The notes beneath the pieces are model-generated. The model saw only the letters and a list, made by a program, of their open reading frames with translations, was not told the DNA's origin and did no database searches. From a virus, in the IMG/VR virus record IMGVR_UViG_3300045988_002998: a DNA stretch of 42,273 nucleotides. One strand, given 5' to 3'. The translations under genes were made by a program, and so were the position numbers. The stretch's first letter is position 1. Each line of letters starts with the position of its first letter. Shown here piece by piece: positions 32,156 through 41,563 of this stretch.

Positions 32156-32621
32156 CCCCGGCAATATTCAATCCGGCTATGTAATCGTAGAGCACGACGG
32201 CGAGGAGATCCGCCGCGTGTTGGATGTGGGGAAACTCCCGAACGAAGAAATTCGGGACGTCCTGCACGAAAATATTTATGGAAACTGCACGGATTTTGCG
32301 ATTGAAATGATCGCCGGAATGGGTATGGCGGTTGGACAGGAGGTGTTTGATACCTGCCTTTGGATTGGGCGCTTTATGGAGTTCGCCGAAAGAGACGGCG
32401 CGGAGCCGGTAAAGATCTTCCGGCGAGAAGAAAAGCTCGACCTGTGCGGCTGTCTGAGCGCGAAGGACAAGAATATCCGGCAGGCGCTGATAGATCGGTA
32501 CGGCGTTGTCGGGACAAAGGCAAATCAGGGCTTTTTCTACGGCTTCGCAAAGGATATGTGGTCGGCTATGGCAGTGGCCGTGACGTATTTTGATAAATAC
32601 ATAAAGGGGGTAAAGCTTTGA
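32133..32621 (+). CDS. RuvC-like Holliday junction resolvase
   Basis: GTG start; ILAVDPGNIQSGYVIVE (catalytic Asp motif); 162 aa. Confidence 0.55.
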   Translation: MGTILAVDPGNIQSGYVIVEHDGEEIRRVLDVGKLPNEEIRDVLHENIYGNCTDFAIEMIAGMGMAVGQEVFDTCLWIGRFMEFAERDGAEPVKIFRREEKLDLCGCLSAKDKNIRQALIDRYGVVGTKANQGFFYGFAKDMWSAMAVAVTYFDKYIKGVKL

Positions 32622-32956
32622 TGAGAGAGCCGGAGCGCTGCGCATACTGCGGCAATATCATCACAGGTGGCAGAAACAAGCGGATCAAGCTGCATTTCTG
32701 CAGCCGCACATGCAGCGGCATGTACCATAAGCTGCATCCGGCCAACACGCGGCCGGGCAGCGGCCCGGAAACACAGTGGACGCCGGTGCAGATCGTGATC
32801 ACGGCCGCAATCCCTGTATACCCGGCGCTGCAGCCGCAAGTCGGCAGGCGGTACAACGCGGAGCGGTACGCGGGCAGGCTTAATGCGATCTCATATATCG
32901 TGGAGATCGGCGGGAAGCGGATCTGCGTCAGGAGGGACGAATGCAGAGAGATTTGA
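32621..32956 (+). CDS. Zinc-finger hypothetical protein
   Basis: ATG 32621 overlaps the upstream TGA; CAYCGN...FCSRTC. Confidence 0.4.
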   Translation: MREPERCAYCGNIITGGRNKRIKLHFCSRTCSGMYHKLHPANTRPGSGPETQWTPVQIVITAAIPVYPALQPQVGRRYNAERYAGRLNAISYIVEIGGKRICVRRDECREI

Positions 32957-33174
32957 AAATTAGCCCGTATTCCGCGCCGTGTAAGGATTGCCCCGAAAAG
33001 GGCTGTGGGCCGAAGCATGCCACGTGCGAGGCATACATAGCATACCGCAAGGCTGCGGACGAGTACAACAAAAGCAAGGTAGAGCGCACAGAGCGCGGGA
33101 TGGAAACAAGCGGCATGTCCGCCAGAGCGCGGAAATACGATCGGGCAAAACGCGCAGGGAGGGTACACTATTGA
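32941..33174 (+). CDS. Small Cys-rich hypothetical protein
   Basis: 77 aa; GGAGGG RBS; CKDCPEKGCGPKHATCEAY. Confidence 0.4.
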   Translation: MQRDLKISPYSAPCKDCPEKGCGPKHATCEAYIAYRKAADEYNKSKVERTERGMETSGMSARARKYDRAKRAGRVHY

Positions 33175-33491
33175 TGGATCAGATCAAAGGCGCAAAGTAC
33201 GATGAGGGCAAGCCGAGGCCGTCGCTCGTGCCGGTAGAGGCAATCGAGGCGATCATGCAGGTGCGGGAGTTTGGTAAGGCAAAATACGCCGATGCAGAGG
33301 ACTGGCGCAAGGTGCCGCGTGAGAAGTGGCTGGACGCCCTTCTGCGCCACGTTCTGCATATCTGGGATAATCCGCTGGCGCTCGACTATGAGAGCGGCTT
33401 ACCGGCTCTGTGGCATGTTATAACTAATGCTGCGTTTCTGTGTGCGGCGTATAAGGACGAGCTGCAGGCTTGCCAAAAGGAGCAGCTATGA
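33174..33491 (+). CDS. DUF5664 / dATP-dGTP diphosphohydrolase-like (MazG-fold) protein
   Basis: 105 aa from ATG 33174 (TGATG coupling); KYDEGKPRPSLVPVEAIEAIMQVREFGKAKYADAEDW matches the family N-terminus (recall). Confidence 0.5.
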   Translation: MDQIKGAKYDEGKPRPSLVPVEAIEAIMQVREFGKAKYADAEDWRKVPREKWLDALLRHVLHIWDNPLALDYESGLPALWHVITNAAFLCAAYKDELQACQKEQL

Positions 33492-33778
33492 GTAAGCCGC
33501 GCTACGGCTGGTGGTCATATGCAAAGTGGATGATCCGCAGCTATAAGGGCGGCGGACTGATGACGAAGGCCGAGCGCGCTGCCGTTGAGGATGCAATCGA
33601 AGAGACGGAACAGCTCGTTGACGGAGCGGAGCGGCTCCGGCTCATAGACTTGGTCCTCTGGAAGCGGACGCATACCTTGCAGGGCGCTGCGATGGCGGTT
33701 TATGTGTCCGAACGCACCGCGCAGGAGTGGCACAGGCAATTTATTCGCCTTGTGGGGCAAAAAAGAGGGCTTTTATGA
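33488..33778 (+). CDS. RinA/ArpU-like late-gene transcriptional activator
   Basis: 96 aa from ATG 33488; C-terminal HTH LQGAAMAVYVSERTAQEWHRQFIRLV; last gene before the packaging module. Confidence 0.55.
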   Translation: MSKPRYGWWSYAKWMIRSYKGGGLMTKAERAAVEDAIEETEQLVDGAERLRLIDLVLWKRTHTLQGAAMAVYVSERTAQEWHRQFIRLVGQKRGLL

Positions 33779-33819
33779 AAAAGTCTGCGTCCCAGAGCCA
33801 AATTTAACATTTACTATAA

Positions 33820-33850
33820 GGGCGTAGAGATCAACTCTACGCCCCTTTTC
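33820..33850 (+). terminator. Rho-independent terminator after the early/middle operon
   Basis: gggcgtagag-atcaa-ctctacgccc (10-bp perfect stem), then CTTTTC. Confidence 0.65.
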
Positions 33851-33887
33851 ATCGGCACCGCAGCGTTCTGCGGAAACCTCCTCCTCC

Positions 33888-33945
33888 TGTTCTCGTGTTC
33901 TCCGGTGTGAATAAATATATTTATTCACACACGGAGACACGAGAA
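33888..33945. repeat. 58-bp near-perfect palindrome upstream of the packaging genes
   Basis: gttctcgtgttctccggtgtgaataaata|tatttattcacacacggagacacgagaac. The central 26 bp are perfect; the outer arms match with single-base offsets. Confidence 0.8.
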
Positions 33946-33973
33946 CGAAAGAATGAGGCAGAAAGGAGCGGCT

Positions 33974-34210
33974 ATGGCGAGTTTGCGCGCCCTTGCACAC
34001 AAGCTGCAAACAGCGCTCTTGTACAACGGAATCAAAATAAAAATCAATCAAATGCAGACCTATTCTGCGAAAAATGGCAGGATGGTGACGAAATACATGG
34101 TTTACGAATATCGACCTGATGAAAAGCCGAAGAACGTCACTCTGCTGGAAACGTACCAGATTGCGGATGTGGTGAAGCTGCTGGCCGGACTTTACAGCGA
34201 TGGCGGATGA
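33974..34210 (+). CDS. Small hypothetical protein preceding the terminase
   Basis: AAAGGAG RBS before ATG 33974; 78 aa. Confidence 0.45.
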   Translation: MASLRALAHKLQTALLYNGIKIKINQMQTYSAKNGRMVTKYMVYEYRPDEKPKNVTLLETYQIADVVKLLAGLYSDGG

Positions 34211-34616
34211 AAAGCTTACGCCGAAGCAGAGACGATTCTGCGAAGAATATCTGCAATCCGGGAACGCGACAGAAGCAGCGAAAAAGGCCGGGTACAAAGA
34301 AACATCATGCAGGGTGATTGCGGCAGAAAACCTATCAAAACCAGCTATTTCTGCGTATATAAAGCGCAGGCTGGACGAACAGGAAGCGGCGCAGGTCGCG
34401 GATTCAAACGAAATTCTGAAATTTTACACTGCGGTCATGCGCGGGGAGGTCAAAGACCAGTTCGGCATGGACGCATCGCTGTCCGACCGGCTGAAAGCCG
34501 GTGACAGTCTCATGAAGCGATACGCGGCAGCTTCCGACCGCAACAGAACGACAATGGAAAAGCTCGACGCAATGCTGAAGGAGTTCCAAGATGCTGTTAA
34601 GTCCGAAACAAATTGA
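34200..34616 (+). CDS. terS: Terminase small subunit
   Basis: LTPKQRRFCEEYLQSGNATEAAKKAGYKETSCRVIAAENLSKPAISAYI, a classic Terminase_2 HTH N-terminus. Confidence 0.85.
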   Translation: MADEKLTPKQRRFCEEYLQSGNATEAAKKAGYKETSCRVIAAENLSKPAISAYIKRRLDEQEAAQVADSNEILKFYTAVMRGEVKDQFGMDASLSDRLKAGDSLMKRYAAASDRNRTTMEKLDAMLKEFQDAVKSETN

Positions 34617-35847
34617 GTTTGTAAAATACGGAATACATCGCTGGAACTTCAAGGGCGGAGCCACCAGAAGTGGGAAGACTTACCTCGATTTTCGATGGAT
34701 CATACCGATCCGGATTCGTGAGCGAATCGGAAAAGATGGCCTGGCCGTCATTCTCGGCGTAACAAAATCGACGATTGAGCGAAATGTGCTGGAGCCGATG
34801 CGGAACATTTACGGGGACGAGCTTGTCGGCACGATCTCAAGCGACAATACGGCATGGATCTTCGGAGAGAAATGTTACTGCCTCGGAGCAGAGAAGGTTT
34901 CCCAAGTTTCCAAGATTCGCGGTGCGTCGATTAAATATTGCTATGGGGACGAAGTAGCTGACTGGTCAGAAGAAGTATTCGCGCTGCTGAAAAGCCGCCT
35001 TGACAAAGGATACTCCTGTTTCGATGGGACATACAATCCGCAATATCCGAACCACTGGCTGAAAAGATTCTTGGACAGTGACGCGGACATTTTCAGCCAA
35101 ACATACACGATAGACGACAACCCCTTTTTGCCGCCTGCGTTTGTAGAAAATCTGAAACGTGAGTACGAAGGAACCGTTTATTATGATCGCTACATCCGTG
35201 GGATTTGGGTAGCTGCGGAGGGTATTGTTTACAAGGACTTCGCCAACGACACAGAAAAGTATCTGATTGATGATCCTATAAAATGGGCGGAAGAAAACGA
35301 TACAAAGTTCTCTGTTATTTCCATTGGCGTTGACTTCGGTGGAACGAAGTCTGCAACGAAATTTCAAGCTACCGGGATTACAAAAGATTTCCGGGTTGTG
35401 GCGTTGGAAGAAGAATACATCAAAAACGAAGAGATTGACCCAGATGCGTTAAACCGGCGTTTTGCTACGTTCTGCCAACTGATAACATCAAAGTATGGTT
35501 ACAGCCAGACACGAGCGGATAGCGCGGAAACGGTGCTTATACGAGGTTTAGATCACACGGCACAAAAACTCCGGCTGGGTACCCAAGTCAAGAACGCGCT
35601 GAAAATGCAGATCACGGACAGAATCAGGCTTGTCGTGCTTCTGATGAAGCAAGGCAGGCTCAAGGTTTCGCGGAACTGCCCGCATTTGATCGATGCATTT
35701 CAATCAGCAATTTATGACCCGGATAAGTTCGAGGACGAGCGGCTTGACGATGGGACATCCGATATTGATAGCCTCGATGCGTTTGAGTACAGTATAGAGC
35801 CTTATTACAAAGACCTGGAACGCGGCGGGCATATGATAGGACGGTGA
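34591..35847 (+). CDS. terL: Terminase large subunit
   Basis: 418 aa; Walker A GATRSGKT; follows and overlaps terS. Confidence 0.85.
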   Translation: MLLSPKQIEFVKYGIHRWNFKGGATRSGKTYLDFRWIIPIRIRERIGKDGLAVILGVTKSTIERNVLEPMRNIYGDELVGTISSDNTAWIFGEKCYCLGAEKVSQVSKIRGASIKYCYGDEVADWSEEVFALLKSRLDKGYSCFDGTYNPQYPNHWLKRFLDSDADIFSQTYTIDDNPFLPPAFVENLKREYEGTVYYDRYIRGIWVAAEGIVYKDFANDTEKYLIDDPIKWAEENDTKFSVISIGVDFGGTKSATKFQATGITKDFRVVALEEEYIKNEEIDPDALNRRFATFCQLITSKYGYSQTRADSAETVLIRGLDHTAQKLRLGTQVKNALKMQITDRIRLVVLLMKQGRLKVSRNCPHLIDAFQSAIYDPDKFEDERLDDGTSDIDSLDAFEYSIEPYYKDLERGGHMIGR

Positions 35848-35851
35848 AAGA

Positions 35852-37255
35852 GTGAACATACGCAGAGCATTAAAGGAGCTGGGCTTCGATACAGTTGGCA
35901 TTGATTTCTACAAGCTGATCGGCGTGTGGGGGGACTGGTACAAAGGGAATGTCGAGGACTTCCACAGTTACACGGTATGGAATGGCATTGAAGAATTGGA
36001 ATGCCACAGATATTCCGTAAGCATGGCGAAAAAGGTCTGTGAGGACTGGGCAAACCTGCTGATGAACGAGCGGGTAAACATTACGCTCGAGGGGAAGAAG
36101 GAGCAGGCGTTCGTAGACACGATTCTCTCGGAAAACAACTGGGAGGTCAAGGCGAACGAATCGCAGGAGCGAAAAGCAGCGCTTGGAACGATAGCGTATG
36201 TTCCGGTCATTGAGGGAATGTTCATCAATCCGGACACTTCCGAAATTGCTGATTCTGGGCGCATTCGTATCAACTATGTCAGCGCGACGAACATTTATCC
36301 CCTGACATGGGACAATGGAATCATTAGGGAGTGTGCGTTCGCCTCTACAAAAAAGGTGGACGATACAGAGTACACATACATTCAAGTTCACAGGCTGAAC
36401 GGCGGCGAGTACGACATCGAGAACCATTTGTATGATTCCGAAGAAGTCCCCCTGACCAGTGTAAAGGGCTTTGAAACAATCCCTCCTGTTGTACATACAG
36501 GGAGCGACAAGCCTCAGTTTGTCATTGACAGGCTGAATATCGCGAACTCCGATGAAAATAACCCACTTGGTGTGGCTGTGTTTGCATATGCCATCGACCA
36601 GCTCAAGAGCGTTGACATCACCTATGATAGCTATGTGAACGAATTTGTGTTGGGCAAGAAGCGCATTGTGGTGCAGCCGGAGGCAACCAAGAGCATTGAC
36701 GGCCGGCCAGTGTTTGATAAGCGTGAGACCGTTTATTATGTACTTCCGGAGGACAGAGGCGGCAACGGCAACATCTTGCAGCAGGTCGATATGTCGCTGC
36801 GGACGGCGGAGTTTAACACCGGCATGCAGGATATGTTGAATATCCTGTCCAGCAAGTGCGGCTTCGGTGAAAATCATTACAAGTTCGATCAGGGAAGTAT
36901 TGCTACAGCGACGCAGGTTATCAGCGAGAACAGCACCATGTTCCGGACGATCAAGAAGCATGAGATTTTGCTTGAGCAGGCAATCACAGAGCTTTGCAGG
37001 ACGCTGCTCCGCATGGGGAACAGGTACATGGAAGCTGGCCTAAATGAGGAAGTGCAGATTTCCGTAGACTTTGACGATTCAATCATTGAGGACAAGCAGA
37101 CGGACTTCCTGCGAGACATGCAGCTTCTCAGCGCAGGCATTATGAACGACTGGGAGTTCCGCATGAAGTGGATGAATGAGGACGAGGCGACCGCAAAGGC
37201 GGCGCTGCCGAAGGCGCAGGACATGGTGACTGAACAGCAACAGGAGGTAGAGTAA
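35852..37255 (+). CDS. Portal protein (SPP1 gp6-like)
   Basis: 467 aa; GTG start; position after terL; size and acidic C-terminus typical of portals. Confidence 0.8.
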   Translation: MNIRRALKELGFDTVGIDFYKLIGVWGDWYKGNVEDFHSYTVWNGIEELECHRYSVSMAKKVCEDWANLLMNERVNITLEGKKEQAFVDTILSENNWEVKANESQERKAALGTIAYVPVIEGMFINPDTSEIADSGRIRINYVSATNIYPLTWDNGIIRECAFASTKKVDDTEYTYIQVHRLNGGEYDIENHLYDSEEVPLTSVKGFETIPPVVHTGSDKPQFVIDRLNIANSDENNPLGVAVFAYAIDQLKSVDITYDSYVNEFVLGKKRIVVQPEATKSIDGRPVFDKRETVYYVLPEDRGGNGNILQQVDMSLRTAEFNTGMQDMLNILSSKCGFGENHYKFDQGSIATATQVISENSTMFRTIKKHEILLEQAITELCRTLLRMGNRYMEAGLNEEVQISVDFDDSIIEDKQTDFLRDMQLLSAGIMNDWEFRMKWMNEDEATAKAALPKAQDMVTEQQQEVE

Positions 37256-37383
37256 TGGGAGACGAAAAAGTTCCTGCGGGAACGACATTCTGGGTAAACG
37301 CTGGTGACGCCGCTGCGCCAGAATGGAGAGTATTCGGAACAACAGCTGACGATGCTGACGATAATGAATCGGACGAAACATGA
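37255..37383 (+). CDS. Small acidic ORF between the portal and MuF genes (42 aa)
   Basis: GGAGG 7 nt before ATG 37255 (TAATG overlap); stop overlaps the next ATG (ATGA). Confidence 0.4.
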   Translation: MGDEKVPAGTTFWVNAGDAAAPEWRVFGTTADDADDNESDET

Positions 37384-38573
37384 TCCATTACCCATTTACG
37401 CCCGCCTTGCTTGATGCTCTCCCCGAAGAACTTGCGGAACTATTCCGCGGGCTTGAGGATACACTTCTCGATGAGATTTGCAGCCGCCTTGCGCTGAAAG
37501 ATCGGCTGAACGAAGTGACGGTTCAGGCAATCAGAGCACTTCGTTCGCAAGGTATCGACACGAAGGAGATTGAAAAAGCAATCCGCAAGACGTCTGGAAT
37601 CAGCGAGAAGAAGCTCAAGGAGCTTTTCGACGATGTTATTGCCAGAAACCAGAAGTATTACACATCGGTTATCGACGTGGCAGGGCTGACACAGCCTGAA
37701 ACGCTGGTGAGCGTAGAAGACACGTGGGCGGTTTACGAACAAACTCGGCAAACGTTGCGAAATATCACGCAGTCTATGGGCTTTCTGGTAAACAATGGGC
37801 GGACGAGGCTCCCGCCTGCGCGTGCATATCAGTGGGCGTTGGATTCAGCTGTTATGCAGATTCAGAGCGGGGCGATCAGCTACAATCAGGCGATTAAGTC
37901 TGCGGTGCAACAGCTTGCAGGCGGACTGAAAGTCGTGAACTACGAAAGCGGACACGTTGACAACATCGACGTTGCTGTTCGGAGAGCTGTCATGACCGGC
38001 GTGAATCAGATCTGCGACCAGTACACGAACCAAAGCGCAGAGTACCTTGAGACGAGATACTTTGAAGTGTCTGCGCACTCTGGGGCGCGTGACAAGCCGG
38101 GTGCTTCGCCGTGGTCAAGCCACAAAGACTGGCAAGGTAAAGTCTATTACCAGAGTGAAAGCGGCGAGCCTGACCCGCTGGGGCTTTATGATGACCTTGT
38201 GGAAACGACCGGTTACGGATATGTTGACGGTCTGACAGGCGCAAACTGTAGGCATCACAAATACCCGTTTGTTCAGGGAGTTTCGGAGCGAACTTACACA
38301 GACGAACAGCTTGAGCATATCGACGATGGTCTTGGATGCACGTTTGACGGAAAGACTTACACAGCCTATGAAGCAACGCAGATGCAACGCCGAATAGAAC
38401 GGCAAATCCGCGCGCAGAAAAAGCTTAGAAACGCATACAAAGAAGCTGGGCTTTCCGAGGACGCGAGCGCCGCAAACATAAAGCTTCGGCGGCTAAACGC
38501 AGAATATAGCAGGTTCAGCAAGGCGGCAGGATTGCCGGAGCAACCAGAAAGAACAAAAGTTTTCTACAAATAA
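37380..38573 (+). CDS. Head morphogenesis protein (SPP1 gp7 / Mu F-like)
   Basis: 397 aa; position after the portal; the region around GANCRHHKYPF is typical of the family (recall). Confidence 0.7.
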   Translation: MIHYPFTPALLDALPEELAELFRGLEDTLLDEICSRLALKDRLNEVTVQAIRALRSQGIDTKEIEKAIRKTSGISEKKLKELFDDVIARNQKYYTSVIDVAGLTQPETLVSVEDTWAVYEQTRQTLRNITQSMGFLVNNGRTRLPPARAYQWALDSAVMQIQSGAISYNQAIKSAVQQLAGGLKVVNYESGHVDNIDVAVRRAVMTGVNQICDQYTNQSAEYLETRYFEVSAHSGARDKPGASPWSSHKDWQGKVYYQSESGEPDPLGLYDDLVETTGYGYVDGLTGANCRHHKYPFVQGVSERTYTDEQLEHIDDGLGCTFDGKTYTAYEATQMQRRIERQIRAQKKLRNAYKEAGLSEDASAANIKLRRLNAEYSRFSKAAGLPEQPERTKVFYK

Positions 38574-38658
38574 TTTACAGGTAAAACCCGCGAAGCACTG
38601 CGGTTTTTATACAATCTATCGCCGCGACGAACTGCGGACAAAGGAAAGGAAGATAGAA

Positions 38659-39252
38659 ATGGCATTGACCAGAAAATTACTGAAAGGCATGGGGCTCACC
38701 GACGAACAGGTGGACACCATCATTGAAGCACATACCGATACCGTAGACGGCTTGAAGGCTGATGTCAGCAAGTACAAGTCTGATGCGGAGAAACTGCCCG
38801 ACGTTCAAAGGCAGTTGGACGACCTCAAGGCGGCGGGCGATGGCGGATATAAGGAGAAGTACGAAAAGGAACACTCGGACTTCGAGGCTTATAAATCCGG
38901 CATTACAGAAAAGGAAAGCAAGGCGGCAAAGGAAAAGGCTGTTCGGGCTTACTTTGAAAGCAAAAATATCACAGGCGCAAATCTCGATCTTGCCATGCGC
39001 GGCTGCGGTGAGGAAATGACCGCATTGGAGATGGACGGGGAGAAAATCAAGGACACAAAGAGCCTTGATGAACTCATCGAAGGAACTTACAAGGGGCTTG
39101 TCTCCAAACCTTCTGTCCGTGTGGACATGGGCGCACGGCTCAACGACGGTGGTAAGCCGATGACCAAAGACGAGATCATGCAAATCACTGACAGAGCGGA
39201 GCGGCGCGCTGCAATCGCCGCAAATATGGATTTGTTTAGAAAGGAAGATTAA
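38659..39252 (+). CDS. Scaffolding protein (GP20-like)
   Basis: 197 aa; highly charged helical; GLTDEQVDTIIEAHTDTVDGLK N-terminus typical of phage scaffold/GP20 proteins; precedes the capsid gene. Confidence 0.7.
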   Translation: MALTRKLLKGMGLTDEQVDTIIEAHTDTVDGLKADVSKYKSDAEKLPDVQRQLDDLKAAGDGGYKEKYEKEHSDFEAYKSGITEKESKAAKEKAVRAYFESKNITGANLDLAMRGCGEEMTALEMDGEKIKDTKSLDELIEGTYKGLVSKPSVRVDMGARLNDGGKPMTKDEIMQITDRAERRAAIAANMDLFRKED

Positions 39253-39254
39253 CT

Positions 39255-40121
39255 ATGGCTGTTGATCCTAAGCTGATTAAAAAAGCTGATCTTGCGCGAG
39301 TTCGCGAGATCGAATTTACCGAAATGTTCGGTTATTCCATCAAAAAGCTGATGGAGGCTCTTGGCGTTACCCGCAAAATCGCGAAGCAGGCTGGCACCGT
39401 GCTCAAGAGCTACAAGGCTACCGGAACGCTGGAAGATGGTGCCGTGGCGGAAGGTGAAACCATTCCCCTGAGCAAGTACAAAACGGAGCCCGTGAACTAT
39501 CAGGAGATCACGCTCAAGAAGTGGCGTAAGGCTACCTCTGCCGAGGCAATCACCGACCGTGGCTACGATCAGGCAGTGGAAATGACCACAGACGAAATGC
39601 TCAAGGACGTGCAGAAGGGCATCCGGAAGGACTTTTTTACGTTCCTCGCCACCGGCACAGGAACGGCAACGGGCGCGACCTTCCAGGCTACCCTTGCGCA
39701 GGCGTGGGGGCAGTTGCAGGTTCTCTTCGAGGATGACGAGATCGGTGCGGTTTATTTCCTGAACCCTCTGGATGTGGCAGACTACCTCGCAACGGCGAAC
39801 ATTACCTTACAGACCGCTTTCGGAATGACCTACGTGGAGAACTTCCTAGGTCTTGGCACTGTAATCTTCAATTCCAGTGTTCCGAAGGGTAAGATCTACG
39901 CTACGGCGAAGGACAACATTGTCCTGTATTACATTCCCGTGAACGGCGCAGATCTTGGCGAAGTGTTCGACTTCACCACCGACGCAACCGGCTATATCGG
40001 CATCCATGAGGAGCCGGATTACACCAACATGACCGCCTCCGATACCGTTATCAACGGTATGGTGCTGTTCGCAGAACGCATGGACGGAATCGTAGTTGGC
40101 ACGATCTCGGCGGGGGGTTAA
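39255..40121 (+). CDS. Major capsid protein
   Basis: 288 aa; immediately after the scaffold gene; position and size. Confidence 0.75.
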   Translation: MAVDPKLIKKADLARVREIEFTEMFGYSIKKLMEALGVTRKIAKQAGTVLKSYKATGTLEDGAVAEGETIPLSKYKTEPVNYQEITLKKWRKATSAEAITDRGYDQAVEMTTDEMLKDVQKGIRKDFFTFLATGTGTATGATFQATLAQAWGQLQVLFEDDEIGAVYFLNPLDVADYLATANITLQTAFGMTYVENFLGLGTVIFNSSVPKGKIYATAKDNIVLYYIPVNGADLGEVFDFTTDATGYIGIHEEPDYTNMTASDTVINGMVLFAERMDGIVVGTISAGG

Positions 40122-40168
40122 ATGAACTGTTGAGAGCGCCTGCCTCTGAACCGCCCGCGTTTTCCGGC

Positions 40169-40276
40169 ATGACGAAAGCGCAGCTGCTCGATTATGCCGA
40201 GGAAAATGGGGTGGAAGAGGTCAACAGTTCCATGAAAAAGGCCGAAATTATATCTGTCTTGGAAGGAGGCGCGTGA
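40169..40276 (+). CDS. Small Rho_N/HeH-motif protein
   Basis: MTKAQLLDYAEENGVEEVNSSMKKAEIISVLEGGA; may start at the in-frame TTG 40130. Confidence 0.4.
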   Translation: MTKAQLLDYAEENGVEEVNSSMKKAEIISVLEGGA

Positions 40277-40716
40277 TGATCTACGCTGATTATGAATTTT
40301 ATTCCGGCTGCTACTACGGCAGCGTGAGTGAAGAGGATTTCCAGCGTCTGGCCGTCCGCGCCAGCTCCTTCCTCGATTATTACACGCAGAACCGAGTAAA
40401 AGACTACGTGGATCTCGAAGCTGTGAAAATGTGCTGCTGCGCTCTGGTCGACCAGTATATGCTGATCGACACGGCGCAGGAGCTTGCCAGAAAGAATGTG
40501 TCCGCCGGGCTTGCATCTGACGAAGGAGAATTGCAGAGCGAGACTGTAGGCAGCTATTCCAGGACGCTTCGCAGCGGCGGTGATTCTTCCGTATCCGCAT
40601 TGAAAGCGGCTTCGGAGGCGAAGAATGCCCTTGCAAGCGTAGCGCGTGAATATCTAGCCCATACCGGGCTTCTTTACAGAGGCAGGTGTTTAGCATGTAC
40701 GCTCCCCACACTGTAA
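40276..40716 (+). CDS. Head-tail connector (gp6-like adaptor)
   Basis: GGAAGGAGG RBS before ATG 40276; ADYEFYSGCYYGSVSEEDFQRLAVRASSFLDYYT is a typical N-terminus (recall). Confidence 0.6.
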   Translation: MIYADYEFYSGCYYGSVSEEDFQRLAVRASSFLDYYTQNRVKDYVDLEAVKMCCCALVDQYMLIDTAQELARKNVSAGLASDEGELQSETVGSYSRTLRSGGDSSVSALKAASEAKNALASVAREYLAHTGLLYRGRCLACTLPTL

Positions 40717-41153
40717 CAATCTACAACGTCACGCAGGAGCAGGATCCGGAAACGTTCAAAGATACGCAAAAAATCAATATCACTGTAATTCGCGGTGTAA
40801 TGCTCCAAGCGTCAAAAGCTGCTAACGTCCGCGCGAGCGGGCTTGAAGGAGCAGATGCGGTGAATCTGTACATTCCGTTTTCTGCGGCTGCTGTAGACGG
40901 CGTGACAGGTGCGGAGAAGCGCTACGTCGGTCCGCAGGAGTTCTGGCGCGCAACTGATAAAAGCAAAATCTGGACGCTATCTACGGACGGTAACGGCGGC
41001 ACAACATTCTTTGTGAAGGGCGAAGTAGTCGAGCCGGACAAGACGGAAGAACAGATCGAGATGCTTTACGATGATGTGTACAAAGTGACAAAGGTGGACA
41101 TGAAGGACTTCGGCAGTCCGTCTATGCAGCACTGGCAGATCGGAGGCTCGTAA
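40695..41153 (+). CDS. Head closure / head-tail joining protein
   Basis: ~152 aa; start uncertain (ATG 40695 or GTG 40686); position. Confidence 0.5.
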   Translation: MYAPHTVTIYNVTQEQDPETFKDTQKINITVIRGVMLQASKAANVRASGLEGADAVNLYIPFSAAAVDGVTGAEKRYVGPQEFWRATDKSKIWTLSTDGNGGTTFFVKGEVVEPDKTEEQIEMLYDDVYKVTKVDMKDFGSPSMQHWQIGGS

Positions 41154-41563
41154 TGCTGAAATTCAGCGTAAAAGCAGACGGATTTGACGCGCTGCAGGAA
41201 AAGCTCGCGCAGGCCTGCACCAAAGCGGAGCATATTGTTGCAACGCAGGTGCGGAAGGACACAAGTCCATATGTGCCGTTCCTGACTGGGTCTCTCGACG
41301 AGAGGACGCAGGTTGTGGGAAATTCTATTGTCTACCCCGGCCCGTATGCGCGATTTTTGTACTACGGGAAAGTCATGGTAGATCCGGAGACCGGGAGCAC
41401 ATACGCGCCGAAGGGCGGCACGAAAGTGCTAACCGACAAAAACCTTGTGTTCAACAAATCCGGACACGCACAGGCGCAGGCGCACTGGTTCGAGGCATCC
41501 AAAGCCGGAAACCTTGATAAATGGATCCGTGTTGCGGATAAGGCGGTGAAAAATGGCCTCTGA
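41153..41563 (+). CDS. HK97 gp10-like tail component / minor capsid protein
   Basis: 136 aa; GGAGG RBS; TSPYVPFLTGSLDERT...YARFLYYG pattern (recall). Confidence 0.55.
   Translation: MLKFSVKADGFDALQEKLAQACTKAEHIVATQVRKDTSPYVPFLTGSLDERTQVVGNSIVYPGPYARFLYYGKVMVDPETGSTYAPKGGTKVLTDKNLVFNKSGHAQAQAHWFEASKAGNLDKWIRVADKAVKNGL

Noticed and set aside
33174-33491. Z-genome (2-aminoadenine) pathway suggested by the DUF5664/MazZ-like protein
   Set aside because: No PurZ-like (adenylosuccinate-synthetase-like, ~340 aa) or DatZ-like ORF exists anywhere in the genome.
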